DNA of 64,000 bases from Patescibacteria group bacterium (GCA_024653825.1 JANLHF010000039.1:6945-70944), one strand, 5' to 3'; shown: positions 8,172 to 19,508, counted from the first letter of the stretch. Made by a program: numbers and translations. Notes: generated from the sequence alone by a model not told the origin.

Positions 8172-11100
8172 ATGCTCAAGAAACTCGTCCAGAAGACCTT
8201 CGGTGCATATCGGGCCCCTTTCGTTCCGTTTCCCGACCTCGTCGGCCATCAGCGATCCTCGTTCGATTGGCTTCTTAAGGACGGATTTACTGAGCTCTTC
8301 AAGGAGTTCTCGCCGATCAGCGACTATTCGGGGAAGAAGTTCCAGCTCGAGTTTGAGAGTTTTGAAATTGGCGAACCGAAGTATGACGAGCAGTTCGCGC
8401 GCGAGAACGCGCGCACCTACGAAGCACCGGTGAAGGTAACGGTGAAGTTGGTGAATAAGACATTCGGTTCGGAGAAGAAGCAGGAAATCTTCCTCACCGA
8501 TATGCCGGTGATGACGCCGCATGGTTCCTTCATCGTTTCCGGTGTGGAGCGCGCCATCGTTCCTCAGCTCGCGCGTTCCTTCGGCGCATTCTTCGTTTCT
8601 GAACTCCTGCGCGGTAAGCCGTACTTTGGCGCGAAGATTATCCCGCTCCGCGGGGTCTGGATCGAGATCGACTCTGAAGCCGATGGCGCTATTTTCGTGA
8701 AGATAGATAGGAAGCGTAAGTTTCCGATTACTCAGCTCCTTACCGTCTTTGGCGGCGGTCTCGGTGAGGCAACAGCGAAACATTTCGCGAAGGATCCGCT
8801 CGCGCTCGCAGCTATCAAGGCGACCCTAGAGCACGACGAGGCGAAGTCTGTCGAAGAGGCCTATATCGAGATACACCGTCGCATGCGCGACGGCGATCTC
8901 GCGACACCAGAGAACGCTAAGAACTTCGTGCAGTCGCTCTTCTCCGTGGACCGTTACGACGTCGGCCGCGTCGGCCGCCACCGCTTGAATTCTCGCTTCG
9001 GCCTCTCGACCACTGAGAAGGCGCTCGAGAAGCGCACGCTCGTACTCGCGGACTTTGTCCGCATCATTTCTGAAATTACCAAGTTGAACGCCGACCCGTC
9101 GGCGCGCCCGGATGACATCGACCATCTCGGGTTCCGCCGCGTTCGTTTCGTCGGCGAGCTCCTCCAAGCGCGTATGCGCGTCGGCATGAGCCGCATGAAG
9201 CGCAACATCCAAGACCGTATGAGTACGATCGAAAGTGAGACGACGCTCCCGGCGGCGCTCGTGAACCCGCGTCCGTTCCACGCGTCTGTGCACGAATTCT
9301 TTACTGCGAACCAACTCTCGCAGTTCATGGATCAGCAGAACATTCTCGCAGAGCTTGAACACATGCGCCTCTTCTCGGCGCTCGGTCCCGGCGGCCTCAC
9401 TCGCGAACGCGCGGGCTTCGAGGTGCGCGACGTGCACCCTTCGCACTACGGCCGTCTCTGTCCTATCCATACGCCTGAAGGCCAGAACATCGGTCTCATT
9501 CTCCACATGGCGACGCACGCACGAACGAACGATTTTGGTGTTATCGAAACGCCGTATGTGAAGGTAAAGAAGGGCTCGGTGACCGAGGAGATTGTCTACC
9601 TCAATGCGCTCGATGAAGAGCTTGAATACATCGCGCACGGCGCGACCAAGCTTGACGATAAGGGACGTATCGCGCTTGAGTCGGTCGAAGCGCGCCATAA
9701 GGGCGATCCGATTATTGTTACGCGTGAGGCGATTACGCTCATGGACGCCTCTACCTATCAGATGCTCTCTATTGCGACGTCAATGATTCCATTCGTCGAC
9801 CACGATGACGCGAACCGCGCATTGATGGGTTCCAACATGCAGAAGCAGGCGACGCCAGTCCTCATTCCTGAAGCACCGCTCGTTTCCACCGGCATCGAAG
9901 CGCATGCCGCGAAGTCCACGGGACGCCTCGTGCTCGCGATCGAATCCGGCGAAGTCACTTCAGTCGACGCACGTCGCATTGTCGTTCAAAACAAAGAAGG
10001 GAAGAAGAAGGAGTATCACCTCCAGGGCCTTACCCAGACCAACCAGAACTCTGCGTTTATGCAGCGTCCATCGGTGCGTCTCGGCGATGCTGTGAAGAAG
10101 GGCGATGTCCTCGCAGATAACTCTTCGACCGATCAGGGCCAGCTTGCGCTCGGTCAGAACGTACGCGTCGCCTTCATGAGCTGGAACGGCGCCAACTACG
10201 AAGACGCCATCATCATTTCAGAACGTCTTGTTGAAGAGGCAAAGTTTACTACGGTCCATATCGAGGATTTCGATTGTGTCGTACGCGACACCAAGCTCGG
10301 TCCCGAGACCACGACCCACGACATCCCAAATGTCGGCGAACTTCGTTTGAAGAACCTTGATGAAGAGGGTGTCATCCGTATCGGTGCTGAAGTGCGTCCC
10401 GGCGACATTCTTGTCGGTAAGGTCACGCCGAAGGGCGAGACTCAGCTCACGCCAGAAGAGCGTCTCCTGCGTTCCATCTTCGGCGACAAGGCGAAGGACG
10501 TGAAGGACACATCGCTCCGCATGGAGGGAGGCAAGCGCGGCCGCGTTATTGGTGTGCGCGTCTTCTCTCGCGAGAAGGGCGACCAGCTCGAGACCGGCAT
10601 CATCAAGAAGATTGTCGTGACGGTCGCGCAGGTGCGTAACGTCTCTGTCGGCGACAAGCTCGCCGGACGCCACGGCAACAAGGGTGTTATCTCCCGTGTG
10701 CTTCCGGTTGAAGATATGCCGTACGACGATGATGGTAACCCAGTGGACGTCATCCTCACCCCCCTCGGCGTGCCAAGCCGTATGAACCTCGGACAGATTC
10801 TCGAGATGCACCTCGGGCTCGCCGCGCATACGCTCAACTACCAGGCCGTTGTTCCGCCCTTTGCCGGCGCGACTGCAGACGAGATTCGTGATGAGCTTGT
10901 TGCCGCAGGTTTCGACAAGTCAGGCAAGATGCAGCTCTACGATGGACGTTCGGGCGAAGCGTTCGGGCAGACCATCGCCGTCGGATATATGTATATTCTT
11001 AAACTGCATCACATGGTGGAGGACAAGATCCATATGCGCTCCATCGGTCCATACTCGCTCATCACCCAGCAACCGCTCGGTGGCAAGGCACAGAACGGAG

Positions 11101-11348
11101 GACAGCGCTTCGGCGAAATGGAAGTCTGGGCCTTGCTCGGCTACGGTGCTGCTTACACGCTACGCGAGATGCTCACCATCAAGTCGGACGACATCCAGGG
11201 TCGCTCGGCAGCCTTCGATGCAATCGTGAAGAGTGAGCCGATTAGTCACACAGGCACGCCCGCATCCTTTGCAGTCCTTACCAACCAGATTCGCGGCCTC
11301 GCTCTCGATGTCGATCCGTTGAATCTGCCGCCAGAACCGGAGGCGTAA
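8172..11348 (+). CDS. rpoB: DNA-directed RNA polymerase subunit beta (short form, 1058 aa)
   Basis: Conserved beta-subunit blocks are present, including GQRFGEMEVWALLGYGAAYTLREMLTIKSDD. Confidence 0.95.
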   Translation: MLKKLVQKTFGAYRAPFVPFPDLVGHQRSSFDWLLKDGFTELFKEFSPISDYSGKKFQLEFESFEIGEPKYDEQFARENARTYEAPVKVTVKLVNKTFGSEKKQEIFLTDMPVMTPHGSFIVSGVERAIVPQLARSFGAFFVSELLRGKPYFGAKIIPLRGVWIEIDSEADGAIFVKIDRKRKFPITQLLTVFGGGLGEATAKHFAKDPLALAAIKATLEHDEAKSVEEAYIEIHRRMRDGDLATPENAKNFVQSLFSVDRYDVGRVGRHRLNSRFGLSTTEKALEKRTLVLADFVRIISEITKLNADPSARPDDIDHLGFRRVRFVGELLQARMRVGMSRMKRNIQDRMSTIESETTLPAALVNPRPFHASVHEFFTANQLSQFMDQQNILAELEHMRLFSALGPGGLTRERAGFEVRDVHPSHYGRLCPIHTPEGQNIGLILHMATHARTNDFGVIETPYVKVKKGSVTEEIVYLNALDEELEYIAHGATKLDDKGRIALESVEARHKGDPIIVTREAITLMDASTYQMLSIATSMIPFVDHDDANRALMGSNMQKQATPVLIPEAPLVSTGIEAHAAKSTGRLVLAIESGEVTSVDARRIVVQNKEGKKKEYHLQGLTQTNQNSAFMQRPSVRLGDAVKKGDVLADNSSTDQGQLALGQNVRVAFMSWNGANYEDAIIISERLVEEAKFTTVHIEDFDCVVRDTKLGPETTTHDIPNVGELRLKNLDEEGVIRIGAEVRPGDILVGKVTPKGETQLTPEERLLRSIFGDKAKDVKDTSLRMEGGKRGRVIGVRVFSREKGDQLETGIIKKIVVTVAQVRNVSVGDKLAGRHGNKGVISRVLPVEDMPYDDDGNPVDVILTPLGVPSRMNLGQILEMHLGLAAHTLNYQAVVPPFAGATADEIRDELVAAGFDKSGKMQLYDGRSGEAFGQTIAVGYMYILKLHHMVEDKIHMRSIGPYSLITQQPLGGKAQNGGQRFGEMEVWALLGYGAAYTLREMLTIKSDDIQGRSAAFDAIVKSEPISHTGTPASFAVLTNQIRGLALDVDPLNLPPEPEA

Positions 11349-11370
11349 TTTATTAATCTCTGAAATTCTT

Positions 11371-14300
11371 ATGGCATTCACACCCCGCAAACTTCCACCG
11401 CGCGACACCTGGAATGGACTCCGGCTCACGCTCGCTTCACCAGAGAAGATTCTCTCTTGGTCTTCGGGCGAAGTAACCAAGCCTGAGACCATCAACTATC
11501 GCACCCAGCGCTCCGAGAAGCACGGCCTCTTCGACGAGAAAATCTTCGGTCCGGAAAAGGACTATGAGTGTTACTGCGGTAAGTACAAGGGCATTCGCTA
11601 CAAGGGAATTGTCTGCGATAAATGTGGGGTTGAGATTACGCGCTCCATTGTTCGCCGCGAACGTATGGGCCACATCGAGCTCTGCACGCCGGTCGCGCAC
11701 ATCTGGTTCCTTCGCTCCGTGCCGTCGCGCATGGCGCTCCTTTTGGGCGCCTCGGCCGCGGATATTGAAAAGGTCGTCTACTTCGCCGGCTATATCGTCT
11801 CCAAGATTGCCGAAGAAGAGAAGAAGCGTTTGCTCACCGAACTCGAGAGTGAATATAAGTCCAAGTACAAGTCGCTTAGCTCCGATAAGGATCGCGATAC
11901 ACTCAAGGAAAAGATGACACTCACGAAGGCGGAGATTGAGGGTGTCGTCGTCGGCAAGGTGCTTGACGAGCTCGAATATCACCGCTTCTCGGTGAAGTAC
12001 GGCGGTCTCTTTGAGGCACGCATTGGCGCTGAGGCTATTTATGATATTTTCCGCGCGGTTAACCTGAAGGATCTCGAGAAGACGCTCGCGGCTCGTTATG
12101 AGCATGCCGGCGCCGCTGAACGCGAGAAGCTCGCGAAGCGTCTCTCGCTTATTGCCGGCCTTATCGCTGCTGGTGTTCGTCCTGAATGGCTCTTCCTCAC
12201 GCGCATCCCAGTCATCCCGCCGGCGCTTCGCCCGATGGTCGCGCTTGAAGGTGGTCGCCATGCGACCAGCGACGTGAACGACCTCTATCGCCGCGTCATC
12301 AACCGTAACAATCGTTTGAAGAAGCTCATCGACATTCACGCGCCGGAAGTTATTCTGCGTAACGAAAAGCGTATTCTCCAAGAGGCTGTTGATGCACTTC
12401 TCGACAACTCTATCCGTAAGAGCGGCGCCTCAGCTGGCGCACTCACGATGGCACAGCGTCGTCCGCTGAAGAGCTTGGCCGACTATCTGAAGGGTAAGCA
12501 GGGATACTTCCGTCAGAACCTACTCGGTAAGCGCGTCGATTACTCCGGTCGCTCGGTTATTGTCGTCGGTCCGGACTTGGAACTCGACGAATGCGGTCTG
12601 CCAAAGCACATGGCCTTGGAACTCTTCCGTCCGTTCGTTATCGCCGGACTTCTCGAGCGCGAACTCGCGTTCAACATTCGCGGCGCAGGCCGTCTCGTTG
12701 AAGACGGTGTTGCCGAAGTGTGGGAAATCCTTGAGGAGGTCATCAAGGGTAAGTATGTGTTGCTTAACCGCGCACCGACGCTCCACCGCCAGGGCATCCA
12801 AGCATTCCAGCCGCGACTCATCGAGGGCGATGCTATCCAGCTCCACCCGCTCGTTTGTAGCGCATTCAATGCCGACTTCGACGGCGACCAGATGGCCGTT
12901 CACGTCCCTCTCTCCGAAGAGGCGCAGTGGGAGGCGGCGAACATTATGAGTGCCAACAAGAATATCCTCAAGCCGGGATCCGGCGACGTCACCGTACTTA
13001 TCGGTAAGCCGATGGACATCATCCTTGGCGTCTACTGGCTCACGAAGGCAGTGGAGGGGGCGAAGGGTGAAGGCGACCACTTCGCATCACCGAACGCGGC
13101 TATTCTCGCGTCCGAGTATGAAGCGATTGATGCTCGCGCCAAGATCAAGGTCTTGCCGGTTGAAGGTAAGGAGAAGTATGCGGCATTTGACGGACATCCG
13201 TTTGAGACGACTGTCGGACGTCTTCTCTTTAACACGGTGCTTCCCGCCGACTACCCGTTTATCAACGAGACAATCACGAAGAAGGTGCTCGCGCGCATTG
13301 TGAACCACTGCATCGCGAAGTACGGTCTCGACGCCGTGCCGGGCATTGTGAACAAGGTGAAGCGTTTCGGTTTTGATTATGCGACGCGCTCCGGTATCAG
13401 TTGGGCGATTGACGATGCGTCGGTGCCGAAGGAGAAGGAGCATATCATTGATGCCGCCGCGGCCAAGATTGCCTCTCTAGAAAAGGATTATCAGAACGGC
13501 CTTCTCGCTGAGGAAGAGAAGCGTCGTATGGCCATTGAGATCTGGCAGGGCACAAAGCAGGCGGTGGAAGAACAGGTCGCCAAAGAACTCAACCCAATGG
13601 GTTCAGTTTCCGACATGGTGAAGTCGGGCGCTCGCGGTACGATGGGCAACCTGACACAGATGTCAGGTATGAAGGGCCTTATTCAGGACACCTCCGGTAG
13701 AACCATCGAGGTGCCGATCATTTCCTCGATGATTGAGGGACTCAATCCGATTGAATACTTCATGTCGACGCACGGCGCGCGTAAGGGTCTCACCGACACC
13801 GCGCTCGGTACGGCAAAGGCCGGATACCTCACACGCCGCCTCTTTGACGTGGCACAGGACTCTATCGTGACCGAAAAGGATTGCGGCACGAAACGCGGCG
13901 TGAAGATTAATCGCGTGTCGGCCTCCGGAATCCAGACGAATTACGCTGAAGCACTTCGCGGACGCGTACTCGCCGAAGACGTGCAGGATAAAGACGGCGC
14001 TGTTCTCTTTAAGAAAGGACAGTATCTTTCGATTGCCGACGCTGAAACGTTGGCGGCAGCTACTTCAGTCGCGACGGTCGTGTCGCGTTCACCGATGTCC
14101 TGTGAGACGCGCTACGGCGTCTGTCAGACCTGCTACGGGATGGACCTCACGACACAGGAAATGGTTGACCTCGGAGAAGCAGTGGGCACAGTCGCGGCGC
14201 AGGCCATCGGCGAACCGGGCACTCAGCTCACGATGCGTACCTTCCACGCCGGTGGCGTGGCCTCGGTCGGTGGTGACATCACCTCGGGTCTCCCGCGTGT

Positions 14301-15093
14301 TGAAGAAGTATTCGAAAAGCGTTCGCCAAAGAATCCAGCAGTTATTTCCAAGACTGACGGCATCGTTTCTGAAATTAAAGAAGAGGGAAGGGAGAAAGTC
14401 CTCGTGGTTGTCCCGTCAGCAGGACAGGGCAAGAAGGATGGCTCTGCGTACGAATATCTCGCGCCATATCCACGCGTTCCGCTTGTGAAGGAGGGCGACA
14501 CGGTCGTGAAGGGTCAGATCCTCACCGACGGTTCCGCCGATCTCGACGATCTCTTCGAGTATTCCGGCCGTGCGACGGTACAGGAATATATCATCACTGA
14601 GGCATCCAAGATCTATGAGCTCCAGGGCGCGCCCGTTTCGCGTAAGCACTTGGAGGTTGTGGTGAAGCAGATGTTCTCGCGCGTGAAGATTACCGACGCG
14701 GGCGACACCGATTACTCGGTCGGCGACGTTGTGGAGGATTGGGAAATCGTGAAGTCGATGAAGGAGATGGAGGATGCGGGGAAGATCGTGCCGAAGTCGC
14801 GCGATATCGTTCTCGGCATCAAGGAGAGCGCTCTCTCTCGCCGTTCCTTCCTCTCGGCTGCTTCCTTCGAACAGACGACGAAGATTCTCATCAACGCCGC
14901 ACTCCGCGGCTCGGTGGACCGCCTACGCGGACTCAAAGAGAACGTCATCCTCGGCCGTCTTATCCCGTCAGGCACCGGATTCAAGGGGAGTAAGAAGTAC
15001 GAGCACATCGCGAAGTTGCAGGCCGAGCGCCCGGCGCCGACCTATGAGTCGCGCACGACCTCGTTCGCCCCCCGCACTCCGCGGGCGTTCTAG
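11371..15093 (+). CDS. rpoC: DNA-directed RNA polymerase subunit beta'
   Basis: The [16 protein letters not shown] catalytic motif and N-terminal zinc-binding cysteines are present. The gene lies 22 bp downstream of rpoB. Confidence 0.95.
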   Translation: MAFTPRKLPPRDTWNGLRLTLASPEKILSWSSGEVTKPETINYRTQRSEKHGLFDEKIFGPEKDYECYCGKYKGIRYKGIVCDKCGVEITRSIVRRERMGHIELCTPVAHIWFLRSVPSRMALLLGASAADIEKVVYFAGYIVSKIAEEEKKRLLTELESEYKSKYKSLSSDKDRDTLKEKMTLTKAEIEGVVVGKVLDELEYHRFSVKYGGLFEARIGAEAIYDIFRAVNLKDLEKTLAARYEHAGAAEREKLAKRLSLIAGLIAAGVRPEWLFLTRIPVIPPALRPMVALEGGRHATSDVNDLYRRVINRNNRLKKLIDIHAPEVILRNEKRILQEAVDALLDNSIRKSGASAGALTMAQRRPLKSLADYLKGKQGYFRQNLLGKRVDYSGRSVIVVGPDLELDECGLPKHMALELFRPFVIAGLLERELAFNIRGAGRLVEDGVAEVWEILEEVIKGKYVLLNRAPTLHRQGIQAFQPRLIEGDAIQLHPLVCSAFNADFDGDQMAVHVPLSEEAQWEAANIMSANKNILKPGSGDVTVLIGKPMDIILGVYWLTKAVEGAKGEGDHFASPNAAILASEYEAIDARAKIKVLPVEGKEKYAAFDGHPFETTVGRLLFNTVLPADYPFINETITKKVLARIVNHCIAKYGLDAVPGIVNKVKRFGFDYATRSGISWAIDDASVPKEKEHIIDAAAAKIASLEKDYQNGLLAEEEKRRMAIEIWQGTKQAVEEQVAKELNPMGSVSDMVKSGARGTMGNLTQMSGMKGLIQDTSGRTIEVPIISSMIEGLNPIEYFMSTHGARKGLTDTALGTAKAGYLTRRLFDVAQDSIVTEKDCGTKRGVKINRVSASGIQTNYAEALRGRVLAEDVQDKDGAVLFKKGQYLSIADAETLAAATSVATVVSRSPMSCETRYGVCQTCYGMDLTTQEMVDLGEAVGTVAAQAIGEPGTQLTMRTFHAGGVASVGGDITSGLPRVEEVFEKRSPKNPAVISKTDGIVSEIKEEGREKVLVVVPSAGQGKKDGSAYEYLAPYPRVPLVKEGDTVVKGQILTDGSADLDDLFEYSGRATVQEYIITEASKIYELQGAPVSRKHLEVVVKQMFSRVKITDAGDTDYSVGDVVEDWEIVKSMKEMEDAGKIVPKSRDIVLGIKESALSRRSFLSAASFEQTTKILINAALRGSVDRLRGLKENVILGRLIPSGTGFKGSKKYEHIAKLQAERPAPTYESRTTSFAPRTPRAF

Positions 15094-15116
15094 TTTTACA
15101 AAAAAAGAAAAACACA

Positions 15117-15147
15117 ACCGCCCTCACGGGCGGTTTCTGTTTCTGTA
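15117..15147 (+). terminator. Intrinsic terminator after rpoC
   Basis: A ccgccc-tcac-gggcgg hairpin is followed by TTTCTGTTTCTG. Confidence 0.6.
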
Positions 15148-15408
15148 ACGATATTGTTATCAGCATCCGGTCGGAAAAGATAACAATATTTGAATATAAA
15201 AATATAACGGCGCGGAACTTTTCAGTCCGCGCCGCTTTGGCGGAGTCACTGGCTCATTTTTCCAATGCCGCCGCGTCCATTCCACGCAAAAGGGCAGTGC
15301 CGACCGCGGCTGGTGCGTGGGACGAACACGCGAATTGGTCCATTTCGATGATAGCATGACTGGTTCATGTTGTCAAGCACGCGTAAAACGCGGTAGGATA
15401 GGGGAAAT

Positions 15409-17097
15409 ATGGCAAAGGATACGGTGGCAGAGATTAAGGAGAGACTGAGCATACAGGACATCATTGCGCCGTATGTGAAGCTGCGCCGAGCAGGGAGAAG
15501 TCTCGTCGGTCTCTGTCCATTTCATAAGGAGAAGACCGGTTCGTTCCACGTCAGCCTCGAGCGTGGGAGCTGGCACTGCTTCGGTTGTGGAGAGGGAGGC
15601 GACGGATTCTCTTTTATTGAAAAAGTTGAGGGAGTGGACTTCAAGGGTGCTTTGAAAATTCTCGCTGAGAAAGCGGGGGTCACGATTGAATATTCCGGCG
15701 GGGGGAACAAAGAAGACCAGTCAAAAAAAGAACGCCTACGTGCGCTGATGACGCGTGCGTGCGAGTGGTATGCAGGTAATTTAAAAGGTAGTCCGGCTGA
15801 AGCGTATGCCGCGTCACGCGGACTTTCTGTAGAGACGGTTATGGCGTGGCGCCTCGGCTATGCGCCCGACGAATGGAGGGTACTTCTAGAGGCTCTTACT
15901 GCCGAAGGGTTCACGATACAAGAACTGCTCGCCGCAGGATTGATTAAAGAGGCCGATGGCAAGCCGGGCACTTATTACGACCGCTTCCGTAATCGTCTTA
16001 TGTTTCCGATATGCGATGTCGCGGGCCATGTCGTCGCGTTTACCGGCCGAGCGCTTTCCGCGGATGATATGGCGAAATATCTTAATTCGCCTGAGACCGA
16101 GCTGTACCACAAGTCCGACATCCTCTTCGGTCTCAGTCGTGCGAAAGAGGCGATACGGGTGCGCAAGTTTACAATGCTGGTAGAAGGGCAGACGGATGTC
16201 ATCCTTGCGCATCAGGCGGGGTTTGAGAATGCGGTCGCACTTTCGGGCACGGCGCTCACCGAGAAGCACCTCAGCCTGATGAAGCGGTACAGCGAGAACC
16301 TAATGCTTGTGCTCGATGCCGACACGGCGGGATTGAAGGCGACGGCGCGCTCGGCGGCACTCGCGCTTTACAGCGGCTTACGCGTGAAGGCGGCTCGACT
16401 CCCGAAAGGAAAGGACCCTGCAGACCTCATCACCGAAGATGCCAAAGAATTTGCGAAGCGCATTACTGCGGCGAAGCCTATTGTTGAGTTTTTTCTCGCT
16501 GAAATCGCTCAGGAGGAGAGCGATCCACATCGGCTCCTGCGCGTGGCCGAAAGTGTTGTCCTCCCTCTTATCGCGGCTATGCCGAGCCCGATGGAGCGCG
16601 AACATTTTATACAATCCACCGCCCGTGCTCTCGGGCTTTCAGCCGAAGCCGTCAGGGAATCGGTCAAACGACTGCCGAAATATCCGGAGACAGCGGACAG
16701 CACTCCAAACGCACCGAAACCAACTCCGGCGTCCCTCCGTTTACCTTCAGAGATACGCAAAGAAATCATTATTGCCGTTGTCCACGCGTATCCCGCAACC
16801 CCCCTTGCCGAAAGAATGAAAACAGGGTATTGTCGAATTACTGAAGCTGAGCAGTTTCCCGAGGAGATTCCTTCAGAACCGGCTCTGTTCAAGGCGGAAC
16901 AGACGTTCGGCGAGGAGCCCAAAGAGGATGCTGCAGACGAGCTTCTCCGCGCCTTTGAAGAAGCGGTTATCCGCGAGGCGTATCAGGAGGCAGTGATGAA
17001 CTTACGGAAAGCCGAGGCAGCAGGGGATGCTGTCACGGTTACAAATGCACAAAATCGATGCGCGAAACTTTCTGCGCGTCTCGCAGTGTTTGGATAG
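15409..17097 (+). CDS. dnaG: DNA primase DnaG
   Basis: It has a CHC2 zinc finger (CPFHKEKTGSFHV...CFGCGEGGD) and a Toprim domain (EGQTDV). Confidence 0.9.
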   Translation: MAKDTVAEIKERLSIQDIIAPYVKLRRAGRSLVGLCPFHKEKTGSFHVSLERGSWHCFGCGEGGDGFSFIEKVEGVDFKGALKILAEKAGVTIEYSGGGNKEDQSKKERLRALMTRACEWYAGNLKGSPAEAYAASRGLSVETVMAWRLGYAPDEWRVLLEALTAEGFTIQELLAAGLIKEADGKPGTYYDRFRNRLMFPICDVAGHVVAFTGRALSADDMAKYLNSPETELYHKSDILFGLSRAKEAIRVRKFTMLVEGQTDVILAHQAGFENAVALSGTALTEKHLSLMKRYSENLMLVLDADTAGLKATARSAALALYSGLRVKAARLPKGKDPADLITEDAKEFAKRITAAKPIVEFFLAEIAQEESDPHRLLRVAESVVLPLIAAMPSPMEREHFIQSTARALGLSAEAVRESVKRLPKYPETADSTPNAPKPTPASLRLPSEIRKEIIIAVVHAYPATPLAERMKTGYCRITEAEQFPEEIPSEPALFKAEQTFGEEPKEDAADELLRAFEEAVIREAYQEAVMNLRKAEAAGDAVTVTNAQNRCAKLSARLAVFG

Positions 17098-17151
17098 GTA
17101 AGGAGCTCGTCGTTCCCATTTTTCAATTCATTTCTATTTAATCTTTTCTGC

Positions 17152-18390
17152 ATGGCGAAATCTATTACAAAGAAGAAAAAGACTTCCAAAAAAGTCGCCA
17201 AGAAGCGAGTGGTGAAGCGCGCACCCGCTAAGAAGAAAGGGAAGAAGGTTGCCTATAAGAAAGTGGCGCGTTCAAAGAAACGGGTCGTGCGCACCGCCAT
17301 CCGCGGCGCGAAGGCAAAGGCGAATTCGGCAAAAGCGCTTTCGGCGGAAACGCTTATCGAGAAAGGAAAGGAACGTGGCTATGTCACTTACAGCGAAATT
17401 CTTAAATCATTCCCGCATGTCGAAGACGACGTGAACTTCCTTGAGTCGCTGTACGAACGTTTCGCGATTGCGGGCGTTGACGTGCTTGAAGGCGGTATGC
17501 TCGAAGATGCGGCCGACGAATATCTCGCGACGCGCAATATTAAAGACCGCCACTCTACCGGCTACGACTCCATTCAGATTTATCTCCGCGAGATAGGGCA
17601 GTATCCGCTTCTGACCGCCGCCGAAGAGCGCGAGCTCGCGAAGCGTATCGAGAAGAGCGACGCCGAGGCTCGCAACATCCTCGCGCGTAGCAACCTGCGC
17701 CTCGTAGTCTCTATCGCGAAGAAGTATGTGGGGCGATCCCCTGACCTCACACTCCTTGATCTCATCCAGGAAGGAAATCTCGGCCTCTTCCGCGCCGTGG
17801 ATAAGTTTGATTGGAAGAAGGGGTACAAGTTTTCAACCTACGCGACCTGGTGGATCCGCCAGGCGATTACCCGCGCACTCGCTGACCAGTCGCGCACGAT
17901 CCGTATCCCTGTGCATATGGTGGAGACGATTGCGAAGTATAAGCAGGTCTCGCGCCGTCTCTCACAAGTCTTGGGTCGCGACCCTCAGGCAGAAGAAATA
18001 GCAGTGGAAATGGGCGTGGAGCCGGAGAAGATTTACCAAATAGAGAAGATTAATCAGGACACACTCTCACTCGAGAACCCAGTCGGAAGCGACGACGACG
18101 AGAAATCGACGCTCGGTGACTTCATCCCAGACGACAAAATTCCTTCGCCGGTGCAGGAATCTTCGGAGCGCATTCTCCAGGAGCAGGTGCGTGCCATCCT
18201 CAACGATCTCTCGCCGAAGGAGCGCAAGATTCTAGAAATGCGCCACGGACTTATGGACGGCATCTATCATACGCTTGAAGAAGTCGGCCGCGAATTCGGC
18301 GTCACCCGCGAACGCATCCGCCAGATTGAAGCAAAAGCACTCGAAAAGATTCGTACCCACGACAAAGCCCGCCACCTGAAGTCGTACTAA
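17152..18390 (+). CDS. rpoD: RNA polymerase sigma-70 factor RpoD with a Lys-rich N-terminal tail
   Basis: Sigma region 2 ([40 protein letters not shown]) and region 4 are present. Confidence 0.92.
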   Translation: MAKSITKKKKTSKKVAKKRVVKRAPAKKKGKKVAYKKVARSKKRVVRTAIRGAKAKANSAKALSAETLIEKGKERGYVTYSEILKSFPHVEDDVNFLESLYERFAIAGVDVLEGGMLEDAADEYLATRNIKDRHSTGYDSIQIYLREIGQYPLLTAAEERELAKRIEKSDAEARNILARSNLRLVVSIAKKYVGRSPDLTLLDLIQEGNLGLFRAVDKFDWKKGYKFSTYATWWIRQAITRALADQSRTIRIPVHMVETIAKYKQVSRRLSQVLGRDPQAEEIAVEMGVEPEKIYQIEKINQDTLSLENPVGSDDDEKSTLGDFIPDDKIPSPVQESSERILQEQVRAILNDLSPKERKILEMRHGLMDGIYHTLEEVGREFGVTRERIRQIEAKALEKIRTHDKARHLKSY

Positions 18391-18451
18391 ACTATAAAAA
18401 GAAACAAGTCGTCCGAAAGGGCGGCTTGTGTTGTACTGTCCATCGTACCAG

Positions 18452-18691
18452 CTAGGTCGTCGATGATTCAACCAATTCCCTGGCGAAATGTTCGTCCCCG
18501 AGGGCTTTCTCGAGTAGAACCGCGGCAATTTGGCCGACAGTAGCGTTTCCGATTCTCGAATCCGCATGGTCTCGTGTCGCCAGCAGCATACAAACTCCAT
18601 CGTCGGCGACTTTTGTAGCAGCGTTGGCCAGTTCAACTGGGGAATATTTCGATGGAGGCCGTGGCTTTCGTGTGGCTAGCTCACTCTTCAT
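18452..18691 (-). pseudogene. Possible remnant of an NmrA/SDR-like NAD(P)-binding protein C-terminus (79-aa ORF)
   Basis: The peptide ...RIGNATVGQIAAVLLEKALGDEH... resembles the C-terminal region of NmrA-like proteins. There is no upstream Rossmann part, and it sits in a 466-bp mostly noncoding gap. Confidence 0.2.
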
Positions 18692-18805
18692 TGTATCTCC
18701 TTTTCATACATATGCCCGATGTATTCGGGTTGCAGGGAATCCTGCCAAGAACTTCAACCTGCCTCTCTTTATACACCATCTCCATAAATTATCAAGGTAT
18801 CCCCA

Positions 18806-18832
18806 AAGATTGTCCTATAGGACAGAGTTTGG
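18806..18832. repeat. 27-bp direct repeat, copy 1, containing the perfect 14-bp palindrome TGTCCTATAGGACA (putative operator)
   Basis: AAGATTGTCCTATAGGACAGAGTTTGG here and AAGATTGTCCTATAGGACGAAGTTTGG at 19462..19488 flank the wHTH gene. Confidence 0.7.
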
Positions 18833-18857
18833 GTAGGCGGTGAGGTAGCATGTATGC

Positions 18858-19445
18858 ATGGGAACACTAGAAAAAAGTGCTAAGAAGGAACGGCGATGGG
18901 GAGCGTTTCAACAGGCGATGCTCTACGCCGCACTCGGTGGCATCATGGTCGCTACAGGTGCGGTTCCGGACTTCCGCAAGATTTTGAAATACTATGCGGG
19001 AAGCAAAAAAGACTCTCGTTTCAACTACCGTGCGAAGACGGTACTTGGGCGCCTTGTCGCCAAAGGATTCATCAAGTTTGAAGAGCGTGACGGGAGACGC
19101 TATGCGCGCCTGACTGAAACTGGTAAACGAGTGCTGGACCTGGAGCTGTTGAAAGATGAAGGTGTGCGGAAACCAAAACGTTGGGATAATCGATGGAGAG
19201 TTGTTATTTTCGACATCCCGGAACGTAGACGGAAAGTACGTGTCAATCTGCGCTCTTTTATGGGGAAGTACGGATTTGTAAGATTGCAGGACAGCGTCTG
19301 GATATATCCATACGATTGTGAAGAGCTCATTGCCCTCGCGAAAGCACAGTTCCGTATCGGAGTGGATGTGCTCTATATGATCGTCGAGCGGCTCGAGAAT
19401 GACGCGCCTCTGCGAAAACAATTCGGCTTGCCAGCCGCAACCTGA
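18858..19445 (+). CDS. PaaX-like transcriptional regulator (N-terminal winged helix plus a C-terminal Cas2-like/ferredoxin-like domain)
   Basis: The wHTH region is RLVAKGFIKFEERDGRRYARLTETG. The C-terminal WRVVIFDIPERRRKVRVNLRSFMGKYGFVRLQDSVWIYP resembles Cas2/PaaX_C. Confidence 0.55.
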   Translation: MGTLEKSAKKERRWGAFQQAMLYAALGGIMVATGAVPDFRKILKYYAGSKKDSRFNYRAKTVLGRLVAKGFIKFEERDGRRYARLTETGKRVLDLELLKDEGVRKPKRWDNRWRVVIFDIPERRRKVRVNLRSFMGKYGFVRLQDSVWIYPYDCEELIALAKAQFRIGVDVLYMIVERLENDAPLRKQFGLPAAT

Positions 19446-19461
19446 ATATCAGGTATGACCT

Positions 19462-19488
19462 AAGATTGTCCTATAGGACGAAGTTTGG
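19462..19488. repeat. 27-bp direct repeat, copy 2 (same 14-bp palindrome), immediately after the wHTH gene stop
   Basis: 25 of 27 positions are identical to the copy at 18806..18832. Confidence 0.7.
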
Positions 19489-19508
19489 AGATATTGTATT
19501 GGAAAGAA

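Noticed and set aside
8826-9698. A 290-aa minus-strand ORF inside rpoB.
   Set aside because: It is antisense to a highly conserved gene and is a high-GC shadow ORF.
17098-17151. An AAGGAG sequence 45 nt upstream of rpoD as its SD.
   Set aside because: The spacing is far too long for the annotated ATG. It is more likely the tail of the dnaG region or a coincidence, so the rpoD start was left at 17152.
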